Source: an uncultured Deinococcales bacterium (GTDB lineage Bacteria; Deinococcota; Deinococci; Deinococcales; JAAFIG01). From it: a DNA stretch of 64,000 bases. The DNA is taken from positions 37,887 through 101,886 of the forward strand of contig CAXTTL010000001.1 in NCBI GenBank assembly GCA_964247135.1, given 5' to 3'. Both the position numbers and the translations under genes were made by a program. Positions 28,169 through 37,500 of the stretch are shown in pieces. Every line of letters begins with the position of its first letter. Positions within the stretch are counted from its first letter, which is position 1. The notes beneath the pieces were generated by a model, which did no database searches, was not told the origin of the DNA, and worked only from the letters and a program-made list of their open reading frames with translations.

Positions 28169-29084
28169 ACCCGCAACCTCAAACCCAGTCTCAACCAATC
28201 GCGGCTTGGCGCTGACCTCCACCTCTTCAAAACCAGACTCCAGCCCAAGCAGCCCCTCGAGCAAACGACCACGGCTGCTGCGACAACGCTCGTTTTTGCT
28301 GGGCATCTTGCTGATCGGCGCGATGGCGCTCTGTGCCGTTCTTGCGCCCTGGATTTCGCCACACGATCCGGTCGAGCAGAACTTTGACAGCACCTTGCAA
28401 GCGCCAAGCGTGCAATTCCTGCTTGGCACGGACATGTTCGGACGCGATCAACTCTCGCGGATCATCTTTGGTGCGAGAATCTCGTTCATGGTCGGCTTGA
28501 TCTCGGTGGGCATCGCCCTCCTGGCGGGCGGCTTGCTTGGCTTGCTCGCCGCCTACGCTCGAGGTTGGCTGGATAACCTGATCATGCGCGTGATGGACGT
28601 GCTGCTGGCGTTTCCGTTCTTGTTGTTGACCATTGCGATCATGGCTTCATTTGGCACCAACCTGGTCAATGCCATGATCGCCATCGGCATCGTTTACACC
28701 CCCAGTTTTGCCCGCATCACCCGCGCCGCAACCTTGGGCGTGATGGAGCAAGGTTTTATTGAGGCGAGCCAGGCGCTAGGCTCGAGTCCCATACGGGTGA
28801 TGCTGCGACACGTGCTGCCCAACATCACCGGACCGCTGATCGTCCAGACCACGCTCTCGCTGGCTTTTGCGATTCTTGCCGAGGCGGCACTCTCGTTTTT
28901 GGGTTTGGGCACGCAACCACCCACGCCGTCCTGGGGTTTGATGCTCAACGAGGGACGCAGTTTCTTCAACACCGCCCCGTGGTTGGCAATTTTCCCTGGG
29001 GTGGCGATCACCTTGGCGGTGCTGGGCTTCAACCTGCTCGGCGATGGTCTGCGCGATGCCCTCGACCCACGATTGCGCGATTAA
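28161..29084 (+). CDS. ABC transporter permease (DppC-like)
   Basis: ATG 28161 overlaps the upstream gene end. The sequence contains LLGTDMFGRDQLSRIIFGARISF and AEAALSFLGLGTQPPTPSWG. A low-complexity Ser/Pro N-terminal tail precedes TM1. Confidence 0.85.
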   Translation: MDEPATSNPVSTNRGLALTSTSSKPDSSPSSPSSKRPRLLRQRSFLLGILLIGAMALCAVLAPWISPHDPVEQNFDSTLQAPSVQFLLGTDMFGRDQLSRIIFGARISFMVGLISVGIALLAGGLLGLLAAYARGWLDNLIMRVMDVLLAFPFLLLTIAIMASFGTNLVNAMIAIGIVYTPSFARITRAATLGVMEQGFIEASQALGSSPIRVMLRHVLPNITGPLIVQTTLSLAFAILAEAALSFLGLGTQPPTPSWGLMLNEGRSFFNTAPWLAIFPGVAITLAVLGFNLLGDGLRDALDPRLRD

Positions 29085-29128
29085 ATCAGACTCGAGCGCC
29101 GTCACTCAACCCAAATCAAGGAGAAGCC

Positions 29129-30610
29129 ATGTGCGCCAAAAAAACCGCAACCCCAACCAAATTCTCGGTGCTCGAGGCAACTTTTGATGATCTGCAAAAC
29201 GCGATGGCATCGGGTCAAATCAGCTCAAAGCAACTCACCCAAATCTACCTCGAGCGCATTGAGGCGTATGACCGAAGCGGTCTAAAGTTAAACAGCGTGA
29301 TCGAAACCAACCCAGACGCCTTAAAAATCGCCGAGGCGCTCGACCTCGAGCGTCGCAGTCAAGGTTCACGCGGTCCACTTCATGGCGTGCCAATGCTGCT
29401 CAAGGACAACCTTGACACCCATGACAGAATGCACACCAGCGCAGGCTCCCTGGCGATGGCAAAATCCATCGCGCCCCTAGACTCGACCGTCGCCGCACGG
29501 CTGCGGGCGGCTGGCGTAGTGCTGCTGGGCAAAGCCAACATGACCGAATGGGCGAACTTCATGACCGTCGGCATGAGCAACGGTTACAGTTCACGTGGCG
29601 GTCAGGGCATCAACCCCTACAAACCAGGCTTGGACACGGGCGGCTCGAGTTCGGGTTCGGGCATTGCCACCGCCGCCAACCTCTGCGCAGCAGCCATCGG
29701 CACGGAGACCTCGGGTTCGATTCTCAGTCCGGCGAATCAAAACAGTTTGGTGGGCATCAAACCAACGGTTGGGCTGGTCTCGAGGGCTGGGGTGATTCCC
29801 GTCTCGAGCACCCAGGACACCCCTGGACCAATGACCCGAACGGTGCGCGACGCGGCGATGTTGCTCTCCGCGATTGCCGCCAAAGACCGACGCGACCCAG
29901 CCACACGGAGCGCCAAACCTGCCCAAGATTACACTGCCTTTCTTGACCCGAACGGCTTGAAAGGGGCACGGATTGGTGTACCTCGAGCGGTCTACTGGGA
30001 GATGCTCTCGCCCGAGCAGGCACAGATTGTTGAAGATGCGTTACAACGCATTCGAGGTTGCGGCGCAACCATCGTTGACCCTGCCGAAATTCAGACTGCG
30101 CAGGAATTGACAGGCTTCAACTTCGAGGTGTTGTTGTATGATTTCAAGCGCGATATCAACCGCTATTTCAAAACGCTCGGTTCAAACGCGCCGATCAAAA
30201 ACCTCAAAGAATTGATCGCCTACAACGAGCAACGCCCCGAAAAGATGCTGCGATACGGGCAGTTGATCCTTCAAGCCGCCCAGTCCACCGGCGGCAAGCT
30301 CGAGGAAGCCATCTATGCCTATCGCCGCGCCGAGGATTTGCGGCTCTCGCAACGTTTGGGGATTGATGCGACCATCAAAAAACATCGCCTTGATGCTTTG
30401 CTGTTTCCAATCTACTCGGGTTATGGCATCGCGGCGCGACCTGGTTATCCAAGCATCATTGTTCCGGCGGGCTACACCGCCGATAACACGCCCGTGGGTG
30501 TGACCTTCACCGCCAGGGCTTGGCAAGAACCCATGCTGATTCGCTTTGCTTATGCCTTTGAGCAAGCCAGTCAGGCACGCCGTCCACCAGACCTCACGCC
30601 AGCTCTTTGA
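29129..30610 (+). CDS. Amidase (amidase-signature family)
   Basis: The start is MCAKKTATP at 29129 (AAGGAGAAG RBS); the track start 28979 lies inside the permease. The amidase signature stretch reads GLDTGGSSSGSGIATAANLCAAAIGTETSGSILSPA. Confidence 0.85.
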   Translation: MCAKKTATPTKFSVLEATFDDLQNAMASGQISSKQLTQIYLERIEAYDRSGLKLNSVIETNPDALKIAEALDLERRSQGSRGPLHGVPMLLKDNLDTHDRMHTSAGSLAMAKSIAPLDSTVAARLRAAGVVLLGKANMTEWANFMTVGMSNGYSSRGGQGINPYKPGLDTGGSSSGSGIATAANLCAAAIGTETSGSILSPANQNSLVGIKPTVGLVSRAGVIPVSSTQDTPGPMTRTVRDAAMLLSAIAAKDRRDPATRSAKPAQDYTAFLDPNGLKGARIGVPRAVYWEMLSPEQAQIVEDALQRIRGCGATIVDPAEIQTAQELTGFNFEVLLYDFKRDINRYFKTLGSNAPIKNLKELIAYNEQRPEKMLRYGQLILQAAQSTGGKLEEAIYAYRRAEDLRLSQRLGIDATIKKHRLDALLFPIYSGYGIAARPGYPSIIVPAGYTADNTPVGVTFTARAWQEPMLIRFAYAFEQASQARRPPDLTPAL

Positions 30611-30779
30611 AAACCAAATTGCTCAGCATGACTCAACCCAAGAGATAAAAAATTCAGCGAGAAAATTCTCAATCCGTGGCAACCAACCCGAGCTGCATTC
30701 GATGACGTGATTCTGGAGGCTGTTCAAGCCCCAATGTTGCTCGAGTGCTTGCAGGTCAAAATCCTTTTGCCTCAAACTG

Positions 30780-31244
30780 TTATGGCTCGAGATACCCGCT
30801 CGAGAGTGTCAAGCTTCGTTGGTGCTGGGCTGCCTGTTCAAGGATGCTTTGTTGTTGGTCGCGTTTGGCACGGTAAAAACCTAAACCTGTTTCAATTTGC
30901 TTGGCTTTTGAATCACTTGCCAAGCCAAACGTCAAACAACCAAATAAATTCTCCAAGGCTCGAGCACGTTTGTCTTTGGCGTTTTTGTATCTGACACGAC
31001 GCTCGATCACTTCAGTCGTTACCATCTCGAGCAACTGCGCATCGGTTTTGATCGCCAGATCAAACTTTGGCACGCCCACACCGTGCATCGAAACCCAGAC
31101 ATCCATTGGAATTTGTACCATTACCGATTGCCGACTGACCTCAAATTCGGCGTGGTCAAGCTCGAGATAGACGTTGGCATCGTCAAATGCCTCGAGGTAA
31201 AAGTGAAAGTGATTGCCGTGGCTGAGGGTGGCTTTGGTACTCAT
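30780..31244 (-). CDS. Hypothetical protein
   Basis: This ORF shows coding-like periodicity but I recognised no family (MSTKATLSHGNHFHFYLEAFDDANVYLELDHAEFEV...). The start is uncertain (31244 vs 31361). It is divergent from the Uma2-domain gene. Confidence 0.4.
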   Translation of the reverse strand: MSTKATLSHGNHFHFYLEAFDDANVYLELDHAEFEVSRQSVMVQIPMDVWVSMHGVGVPKFDLAIKTDAQLLEMVTTEVIERRVRYKNAKDKRARALENLFGCLTFGLASDSKAKQIETGLGFYRAKRDQQQSILEQAAQHQRSLTLSSGYLEP

Positions 31245-31360
31245 CAGCTCGAGCTTACAAATTTGTGCACGATGTTGCGTTTGCCATACGGCGTACAACG
31301 GGTACGCAAAATGGTGGATGCCAACAAACCACGAGGTATCATTGTGGTTGGGTAAAATCA

Positions 31361-32380
31361 ATGCAGGATTTAGAACGCAAAATCGAATTGCTTGGTGGCT
31401 CGGTGGTCATTGGTCGCCATCCCAATGGTGCTATCGGTATGTTGCAACTGTTGTTGCAAAGCTGGAATCTCAAGCAGATCCTCGAGCTTGCCGATCAAAC
31501 CCAGTGGCAGTTGGCATTGAAGCAACTCGGTGTCCCAGAAGACCAGACCCAACTTGAGGCATGGAGGAAACAACAACCAATCCCAGCCTCGAGCAGTTTT
31601 GACTTGTTTGAGAGCCAAGCCAGCGATTGGTGGTTGCATCATCAGGTGCTGCAAAAATTGCGGTTTGGCTTGCTCGAGCTTGAAGGTACTGGATTGATCG
31701 AATCGTTTGGTTTTGGCTTTGTGATGCGCTGTGGAAACGATATTTTGATGCCCGATATTTATGTTGGAAAACTTGACCCAAGTCGTGTTCATGAATACCA
31801 TTACAACGGACCCGCCGAACTGATTGTTGAAGTCCTCAAAAGCGATACTCGAGATTATGATGGCAGCGTTCAACTTGCCATGTACCAGAAGCATCAAGCC
31901 GCTGAAATTTGGTTGATAGACCCAACCCAGCAGCAGGTTGAGGTATTCTGCCCTCAAGGAAATGGTTCGTACCAAAAACGGGTTGAAACTCGAGTTTTGG
32001 AATCCAGTGTGCTGCCGCTGCGTTTAAATGTTGCTGCCTTGTTTGAAATTGAGAACAACAATCCGTTTGAGAACAACCTCAAGTTGCAGGCTCGAGCGCG
32101 TCGTCATGAGCAGAATCCTGAATTGGGTTGGACTTGGCTCAAAGACTTGCCGATTACACCAGAACCGCAACAAGTCAGTTTGGATGCGTTTATGACGTTC
32201 GTGCCGGAAGTGAAATTCGAGGGTTCAAACGCCAGGCTCGAAGTGGGCGGGGGTGGCTGGAAGACCACCAGGGACTTGTTGCAATTGCTGATGTATCATC
32301 TTGGTTTGAAACGAACTTTATCGCTTCTTCCCATGCCAGACTGGGTTGCTGTGCTGGCAACCCGTCGCTCGAGGGACTGA
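31361..32380 (+). CDS. Uma2 (DUF820) family putative endonuclease with N- and C-terminal extensions
   Basis: The central block LMPDIYVGK...YNGPAELIVEVLKSDTRDYDGSVQLAMYQKHQAAEIWLIDPTQQQVEVF matches the PD-(D/E)xK Uma2 pattern (PD...EVxS...D...K..Y...EYWLVD). About 95 aa of N-terminal and ~120 aa of C-terminal sequence are unassigned. Confidence 0.65.
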   Translation: MQDLERKIELLGGSVVIGRHPNGAIGMLQLLLQSWNLKQILELADQTQWQLALKQLGVPEDQTQLEAWRKQQPIPASSSFDLFESQASDWWLHHQVLQKLRFGLLELEGTGLIESFGFGFVMRCGNDILMPDIYVGKLDPSRVHEYHYNGPAELIVEVLKSDTRDYDGSVQLAMYQKHQAAEIWLIDPTQQQVEVFCPQGNGSYQKRVETRVLESSVLPLRLNVAALFEIENNNPFENNLKLQARARRHEQNPELGWTWLKDLPITPEPQQVSLDAFMTFVPEVKFEGSNARLEVGGGGWKTTRDLLQLLMYHLGLKRTLSLLPMPDWVAVLATRRSRD

Positions 32381-32532
32381 ATTCCGTGTGCTATTCGTGT
32401 GCTATGGCTCAAGACATGTCAGTTAAAAGGTGTACAGCTCACTTACTTTGATTTTAAGGAATGTATCGTTTTGAATAGCTATTTCTTGAATTGAATAGGA
32501 CTGACTTACCCTGATGTTTCTCTCTAAAAACC

Positions 32533-32579
32533 TGCTTTTAATCAGTGGGTCGCTGGTTCGAATCCAGCACGGGCCACCA
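32533..32579 (+). pseudogene. Orphan 3' half of tRNA-Lys(UUU): anticodon loop to CCA
   Basis: CTGCTTTTAATCAGTGGGTCGCTGGTTCGAATCCAGCACGGGCCACCA aligns with the 3' half of bacterial tRNA-Lys (...GACTTTTAATCAATTGGTCGCAGGTTCGAATCCTGCACGACCCACCA in E. coli, from memory). The T-arm is GCTGG-TTCGAAT-CCAGC. No complementary 5' acceptor strand (GGCCCGT) or D-arm exists in the preceding 100 nt. Confidence 0.7.
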
Positions 32580-32593
32580 CAAGAGGTATGTGA

Positions 32594-32628
32594 GAGACGC
32601 GGATTTAAAGTCCGCGTCTCTTCGTTTT
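32594..32628 (+). terminator. Rho-independent terminator downstream of the tRNA fragment
   Basis: A perfect 10-bp stem (GAGACGCGGA-TTTAAAG-TCCGCGTCTC) is followed by TTCGTTTT. Confidence 0.8.
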
Positions 32629-32763
32629 ACGCCCTGAAACCCCAAGCTGCGGCTACCCTGACGCTACCAGCAATCTAAAGGTCTGAATAAAATACATCTC
32701 TCGAGAAATTGGCACGGTGCTTTTGCTTGAGAAAACCTCAGATTGCAGTCCTCTTTTGGACGG

Positions 32764-33054
32764 TCAGGTTATTGGCTCGTTCTTCACACCCGCCACCAGT
32801 TCCTCCAACTCGAGTCTCAACGCTTGAGCAATCATGAACAGCGTCCCAATTCGCGGTTCAACTTTCGCGTTCTCAATCAATCCCACATGAGCACGTTGAA
32901 TCCCCACCAAATCCGCAAAATCGTCCTGATTGATGCCTCGAGCCTTACGGAACGTGCGAATGCGTTCTCCAAGCGCTACCCTGAGCGGGAGTGTGAAGTC
33001 ATTGCACTTGTGATCGCTTTTGCACTGCATACGATGCCGTGTTTTTTGCAGCAC
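32764..33054 (-). CDS. XRE-family (Cro/CI-type) HTH transcriptional regulator
   Basis: LGERIRTFRKARGINQDDFADLVGIQRAHVGLIENAKVEPRIGTLFMIAQALRLELEELV is a classic HTH_3 pattern. The start is uncertain (33054 or 33030). Confidence 0.8.
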   Translation of the reverse strand: MLQKTRHRMQCKSDHKCNDFTLPLRVALGERIRTFRKARGINQDDFADLVGIQRAHVGLIENAKVEPRIGTLFMIAQALRLELEELVAGVKNEPIT

Positions 33055-33338
33055 AATCGAAGTTCATCCTCGAGTTTAGCCCTCGGGTGCCGATCTTCTG
33101 GCGGATGTGTTTTACCGAAAGTTTCCCGCCCCTCCCGATTCCAATCCCCGTGCCGATGCCAATGGTTCATGCCGCTTCGAGGGTCGATACGCAGTGGTTG
33201 AGCGTGCCTGAAGGCTATCCGATTCCTGAGTTGAAAGGCGCGCCACGATTCTAAACGTGAAATAAGCAAACAAAGGCTGGGCTGCTAGCGTGATTCAGGC
33301 AAATGCAGTCCAGCCATGACATCGTTTTTTAATCGCAA

Positions 33339-33752
33339 TTATGGTGCAACCATTTCAACCATGTCTTCTCGAGTATCGGTGATGACCAATGGGCAAACAT
33401 GGCACGCATCCGCACCAGATTGTGAAAACCATCGGCAATCACTGCGAATCGAACAGTTTGGCAAGGTATCGATCATCGGCAAGACCATTTGCGTTTCACT
33501 CGCCATTTCGAGCACATGGTCAATCACACCACAACGCGATCCAGTCCATTGATGACATGCACCCTGAGCACATGGGCTGCTGAACCGAAAGCGCTGCTCG
33601 GGACGACGACCTTGCCTGGCACGATCCACAAAATCTTGGTCTATCACCAACCGATCCTCGAGAAACCCCACGCTTCCATCCTCAAGCACCACACCCAACA
33701 AGATTGCTCCTGGGGTGCTGGTGCTGCTTGGGCAGAGGGGCTTGCCGTCCAT
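33339..33752 (-). CDS. Hypothetical Cys/His-rich protein (137 aa)
   Basis: The ORF has eight Cys, including SSPCAQGACHQW, RCGVIDH, PNCSIRSDC and ADACHVCP. Its start codon overlaps the stop of the upstream 84-aa ORF (TAATG). I recognised no family. Confidence 0.5.
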   Translation of the reverse strand: MDGKPLCPSSTSTPGAILLGVVLEDGSVGFLEDRLVIDQDFVDRARQGRRPEQRFRFSSPCAQGACHQWTGSRCGVIDHVLEMASETQMVLPMIDTLPNCSIRSDCRWFSQSGADACHVCPLVITDTREDMVEMVAP

Positions 33753-34006
33753 TAGCCGCGTGGTCCTGGTCCAACATGAAGCTGTGGGACGGTAAACCGT
33801 GTGCCAAGCTTATCAAGCCAGATGCCCAACCATTCTTTTGGAAAGGCGGGTCTGATTTCGTGGTTCAAATCCAGGTGGGCGATTTCACTTAAAACCATTT
33901 TTTGAATCCCTGCTGCGATACGCTTTTTCGCGTCGGCGTGCAATTCCACGCCCTCGAATTTGACGATGAACTCGGTGCCAGTCAGATCAACTTTTGCCTC
34001 TGTCAT
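33752..34006 (-). CDS. Hypothetical small protein (84 aa)
   Basis: The sequence is MTEAKVDLTGTEFIVKFEGVELHADAKKRIAAGIQKMVLSEIAHLDLN.... It is translationally coupled to the 137-aa ORF and divergent from the giant secreted-protein gene. I recognised no family. Confidence 0.45.
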   Translation of the reverse strand: MTEAKVDLTGTEFIVKFEGVELHADAKKRIAAGIQKMVLSEIAHLDLNHEIRPAFPKEWLGIWLDKLGTRFTVPQLHVGPGPRG

Positions 34007-34524
34007 GATTCACCTCGTGCTCCATCCGGATTGGAGAATGCCTACTGTACACCCACGAAGAAATATTGCTGCTAAATACGCAATTCTACCCGTTATGAAC
34101 GCCAGATTTCGTTCCAAATATTTGAATCTGGTGCATGAAAGTATGCCATATCACTTTTTTTGGCAACACTCGCCATCAGTGGAATCACCGATTCGATTAC
34201 CATTGTTACCATTGTCTTCCAACTTCGCAGGCGCTGAACCGTTTCACTCAATACCAATACAAGCCGAGCGGCATTCTCACTGACCTCGATCACGGCACTG
34301 AACGGACAGCAAATACCGAGAACACCACCCCTGCTTAGGCACTCAAGGAAAGTGATTTATGCAAGGAGTCTGAGGTTGGCATTATTTTTAAATCTACCGG
34401 ATTTTCTTGTTCCCAACACAAAAACAGTCAATTTTGAGCCTCAGATTTAAATTGGGTGTAATGTGAAACTATATCTTTTAGAAGTATTGCATTTTTGGTT
34501 TTAAGGACCTCAAGATTCGCCAGG

Positions 34525-34547
34525 GTCACAGTATAGCTCACTGTGAC
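34525..34547. promoter_or_regulatory. Perfect 8-bp inverted repeat (GTCACAGT-N7-ACTGTGAC) in the leader of the giant gene
   Basis: Read directly from the sequence, 36 nt upstream of ATG 34583. It is either an operator-like site or a 5'-UTR hairpin. A possible sigma70-like promoter (TTGAGC-N17-TGTAAT) lies at 34434-34462. Confidence 0.3.
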
Positions 34548-34582
34548 GATTGGACCAATTCCCAACCCTAAAGGAGGGTGAT

Positions 34583-37500
34583 ATGAGGCTGAAATTCACT
34601 CAGGTTTTGGTGGCGTTCGCAATCTTGGCGGCACTTGTGTTCGTGCCCAAACCTGGACGTGCACAACCTGGGGCACAAGAACCCGTCTACGCACGAGGTT
34701 ACGTCTTTGCCCAGGTGCGTGACCGATTTGAAAAAGCCATCCAGGTGGCGCTGCCCCACGCGGTGGTTTTTTTGGCAAACCCCCAAGACCTCGCCAAACC
34801 GCTCGCCTCGAGCATCACGGATTTAAGCGGTCACTTTCAACTTCGCGCCGATGACCCTGGCGTTTACATGCTGTGCGTCAAAGCCGAAGGTTTTGCAGAC
34901 AATTGTGTCCGAAAAGAATTTCGAGTCTCGAGCGACCTGGGGCATGTCCTGATTCAACCCGTTCAAAGCGATAAAACCGCCGCGATTTACGGTTCGATCA
35001 GCTTGAGGCGGGGCAGGCTGGCACGTGGTTTTGAACCGTTCATGAACGTCAATGCGTTTACCACCATTGAGATGCAGAGCAACCAGGGCAGCTACAAGGG
35101 TTTTGTCAACAACCACGGCGAGTACATTGTGCCCAACATCCCCAACGCCGAAAAATTTAAATTTCGTGCCAGCATCGAAAACGAAAACCTCGAGCGCGAA
35201 ATTTTCATGGGTACACTGATTCCCAACCTTGGCTACAAGTTCGATTTTCGTTTTTCCAATTCTGCGCCCACAACCCGTCTGGTCAGCGCCAGCCTGAACA
35301 ACAAGCTCGTTCAACAGGTCGCCCCAGGCAACACCATCACCTTAACCGCCGTCAGCGATGACAGTGACGCCGATTCGCTCGAGTATCGCTGGTTGCTGCC
35401 CGAAGGTGGGGGCACGGTTGGACCGAACACCACGCCAGAATTAAGCTGGAAAGTGCCCTCGCGCAATGGCTTGTTTACGGTCGTGTCTTTGGTGGGCGAC
35501 CGGCGCGGTGGCTACACCCGCAGCACGATCACGGTTCGTGCCACCAACGGCGGCGTGCCGTTCAACGGTACGGTGGTTGATGCCAACGGCAAACCCGTGG
35601 CTGGCGCTCAGGTGGACGTGAACGGGCGTTTGACCAACAGCGACCTTTCAGGTCATGTCGAACTCGAGGTCCCTGTCGGTGACAAGTACGTGCTCAACAT
35701 CCGCCAGCCTGGGGTGAGCGCACCAGGTCAGGCGGCATTTGGCACGGCTTCGTTTGTTTACACCAGCTCGGTGGTCGGCGAGCGCTGGGTCTTGCGGCGC
35801 TCTGCGGTGACCACTTTTGACCCGACCAAAGCCATCACCTTTCAACACAAACGCGATGAAAAAGACTGTGCCGCCGCCCGTTCACGCTCGAGCCAGATCG
35901 ATTGGAAACAATATTCTCAACCAGGCTTGTTTGAATGGCAAGACGGTCGTGGCAACCCGCAATCCTTGAGCGAGGCAGCCTTCAAAGACCCCAAAGCGGC
36001 ACGCCAGATCATGCGTTTGCTCGCCAAATCCAACCCTGTGGTGGCTCGGGTCTTTGCCCAAGCCGCCAAGGTCGAGGGGCAGTTTGAAACCAGCCCAGTG
36101 CCGTGTCGCAATGGCATCAAGGTCGAGATTCCCGCCAACGCCCTCGAGAATCCCAAAACCAAAAAAGCCCCCACAGGTCCAGTGCAAATTGGGCTTTCGA
36201 CGATTGATCTCAATTCGCCAACCCAAATGCCTGGCGATTACAGCGCCCTGGATGGCAACGGCAAACTTGCTGGCATGGCAAGCTTTGGCGCGGGCAGCAT
36301 TGATGTTGGCGCGGGCAATCAGCGTTTTAACCTCAAACCAGGCATGACCGCCAAAGTCACGATTCCGGTGGATGGCACGCAACTGACCCCTGGCGCGACC
36401 TTGCCCACCAAAATTCCGTTCTTGTACTACAACGAACAAACGGGAGTCTGGAAACAGGAGGGCGAGGCTGTGCTGACCGGTTCGGGCGCAAACGCCGCGT
36501 ATGTCGCCAAAGCCAAACACTTTTCAACCATGAACGCCGATATCTTAAAAACAGGCGAATCCTGCGTTGCCGTCGAGGTTGATCCAGCCGCAGGGTTCAG
36601 TTTCCCACTGAATGTCGAAGTCAACCTCCAACCCTCGGTCGTGAACCCAACCGCCGTTCAAGTCCGAACCCTGACCATCAACTCGAGCGGCGAGCACAGC
36701 GTGATTTACAACCTGCCCAACAAACAAGACATTGCCCTGACCCCGATCATTCCTGGCGTGCTGCCAGATGGCTCGAGCGGCAATGTGCCCGCCGGAATTT
36801 TTGTGGTGAATACTGGCGGACCACAAACCTCGCCCAGCGCACCGCCGACGCCAAATGCCGATGGCACGTATTACAAAGAAGTGGGTGGCAACCCTGTCGG
36901 ACCGTGTGGCTCGAGGGTCACATTGAAAAAATTAAACGGGGCGCAACTTGACCCGCAATACGAATTCTTGCAGGGTTTGTATTTTGAGTCGAGCAACATT
37001 ACTGAATTTGCGGTCAGTGACCCGAGCATCTCGAGCGCGATTGAGGCGGGCAGCGACGATTACTATGCGCAATCTGATCCTCGTCAGCAACGCTTGACCC
37101 TGGCGCAATTTCAAGCGTTCAATCGCTTTGGTCAAGCACAAAACCCAGCAACGGGCGAGGTCGAATTCTCGGCGGTCTATGCCAACAGCGGCGATTTGGG
37201 TTTTGGACGTGAAATGCACTGCCGACGCAACGTGGCAAACGACAGCACCATCGCCACCCCAAAGTTTGATTACGCCTGTTACGTGACCAATTACGGTCAA
37301 CCGCCACTGTTCCGCGACGACCAAACGGACGCCGACGAAGCCGCCAAAGGTCCTGTTGCGGGTCATGCCGATGCCACGGTCACCATGGAATACTCGAGGG
37401 TCGAAAATGCCCCTGGCGATCCAATCGAATTTCCTGATAACGAACGCACCGTCAAGTTTTACGCCTACAACACCCTCACCGGCGTGCGGGTCAAAAAAGC

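Noticed and set aside
32504-32579. A full-length tRNA-Lys gene.
   Set aside because: Only the anticodon loop, variable region, T-arm and 3' acceptor strand are present. The upstream 40 nt cannot form an acceptor stem or D-arm, and I saw no intron-like structure that would rescue it.
32976-33269. A 97-aa minus-strand ORF upstream of and overlapping the XRE gene, as a HigB/RelE-type toxin (TA module).
   Set aside because: It has no recognisable toxin motifs. It overlaps the XRE N-terminus in another frame, and its His/Arg-rich composition looks non-coding.
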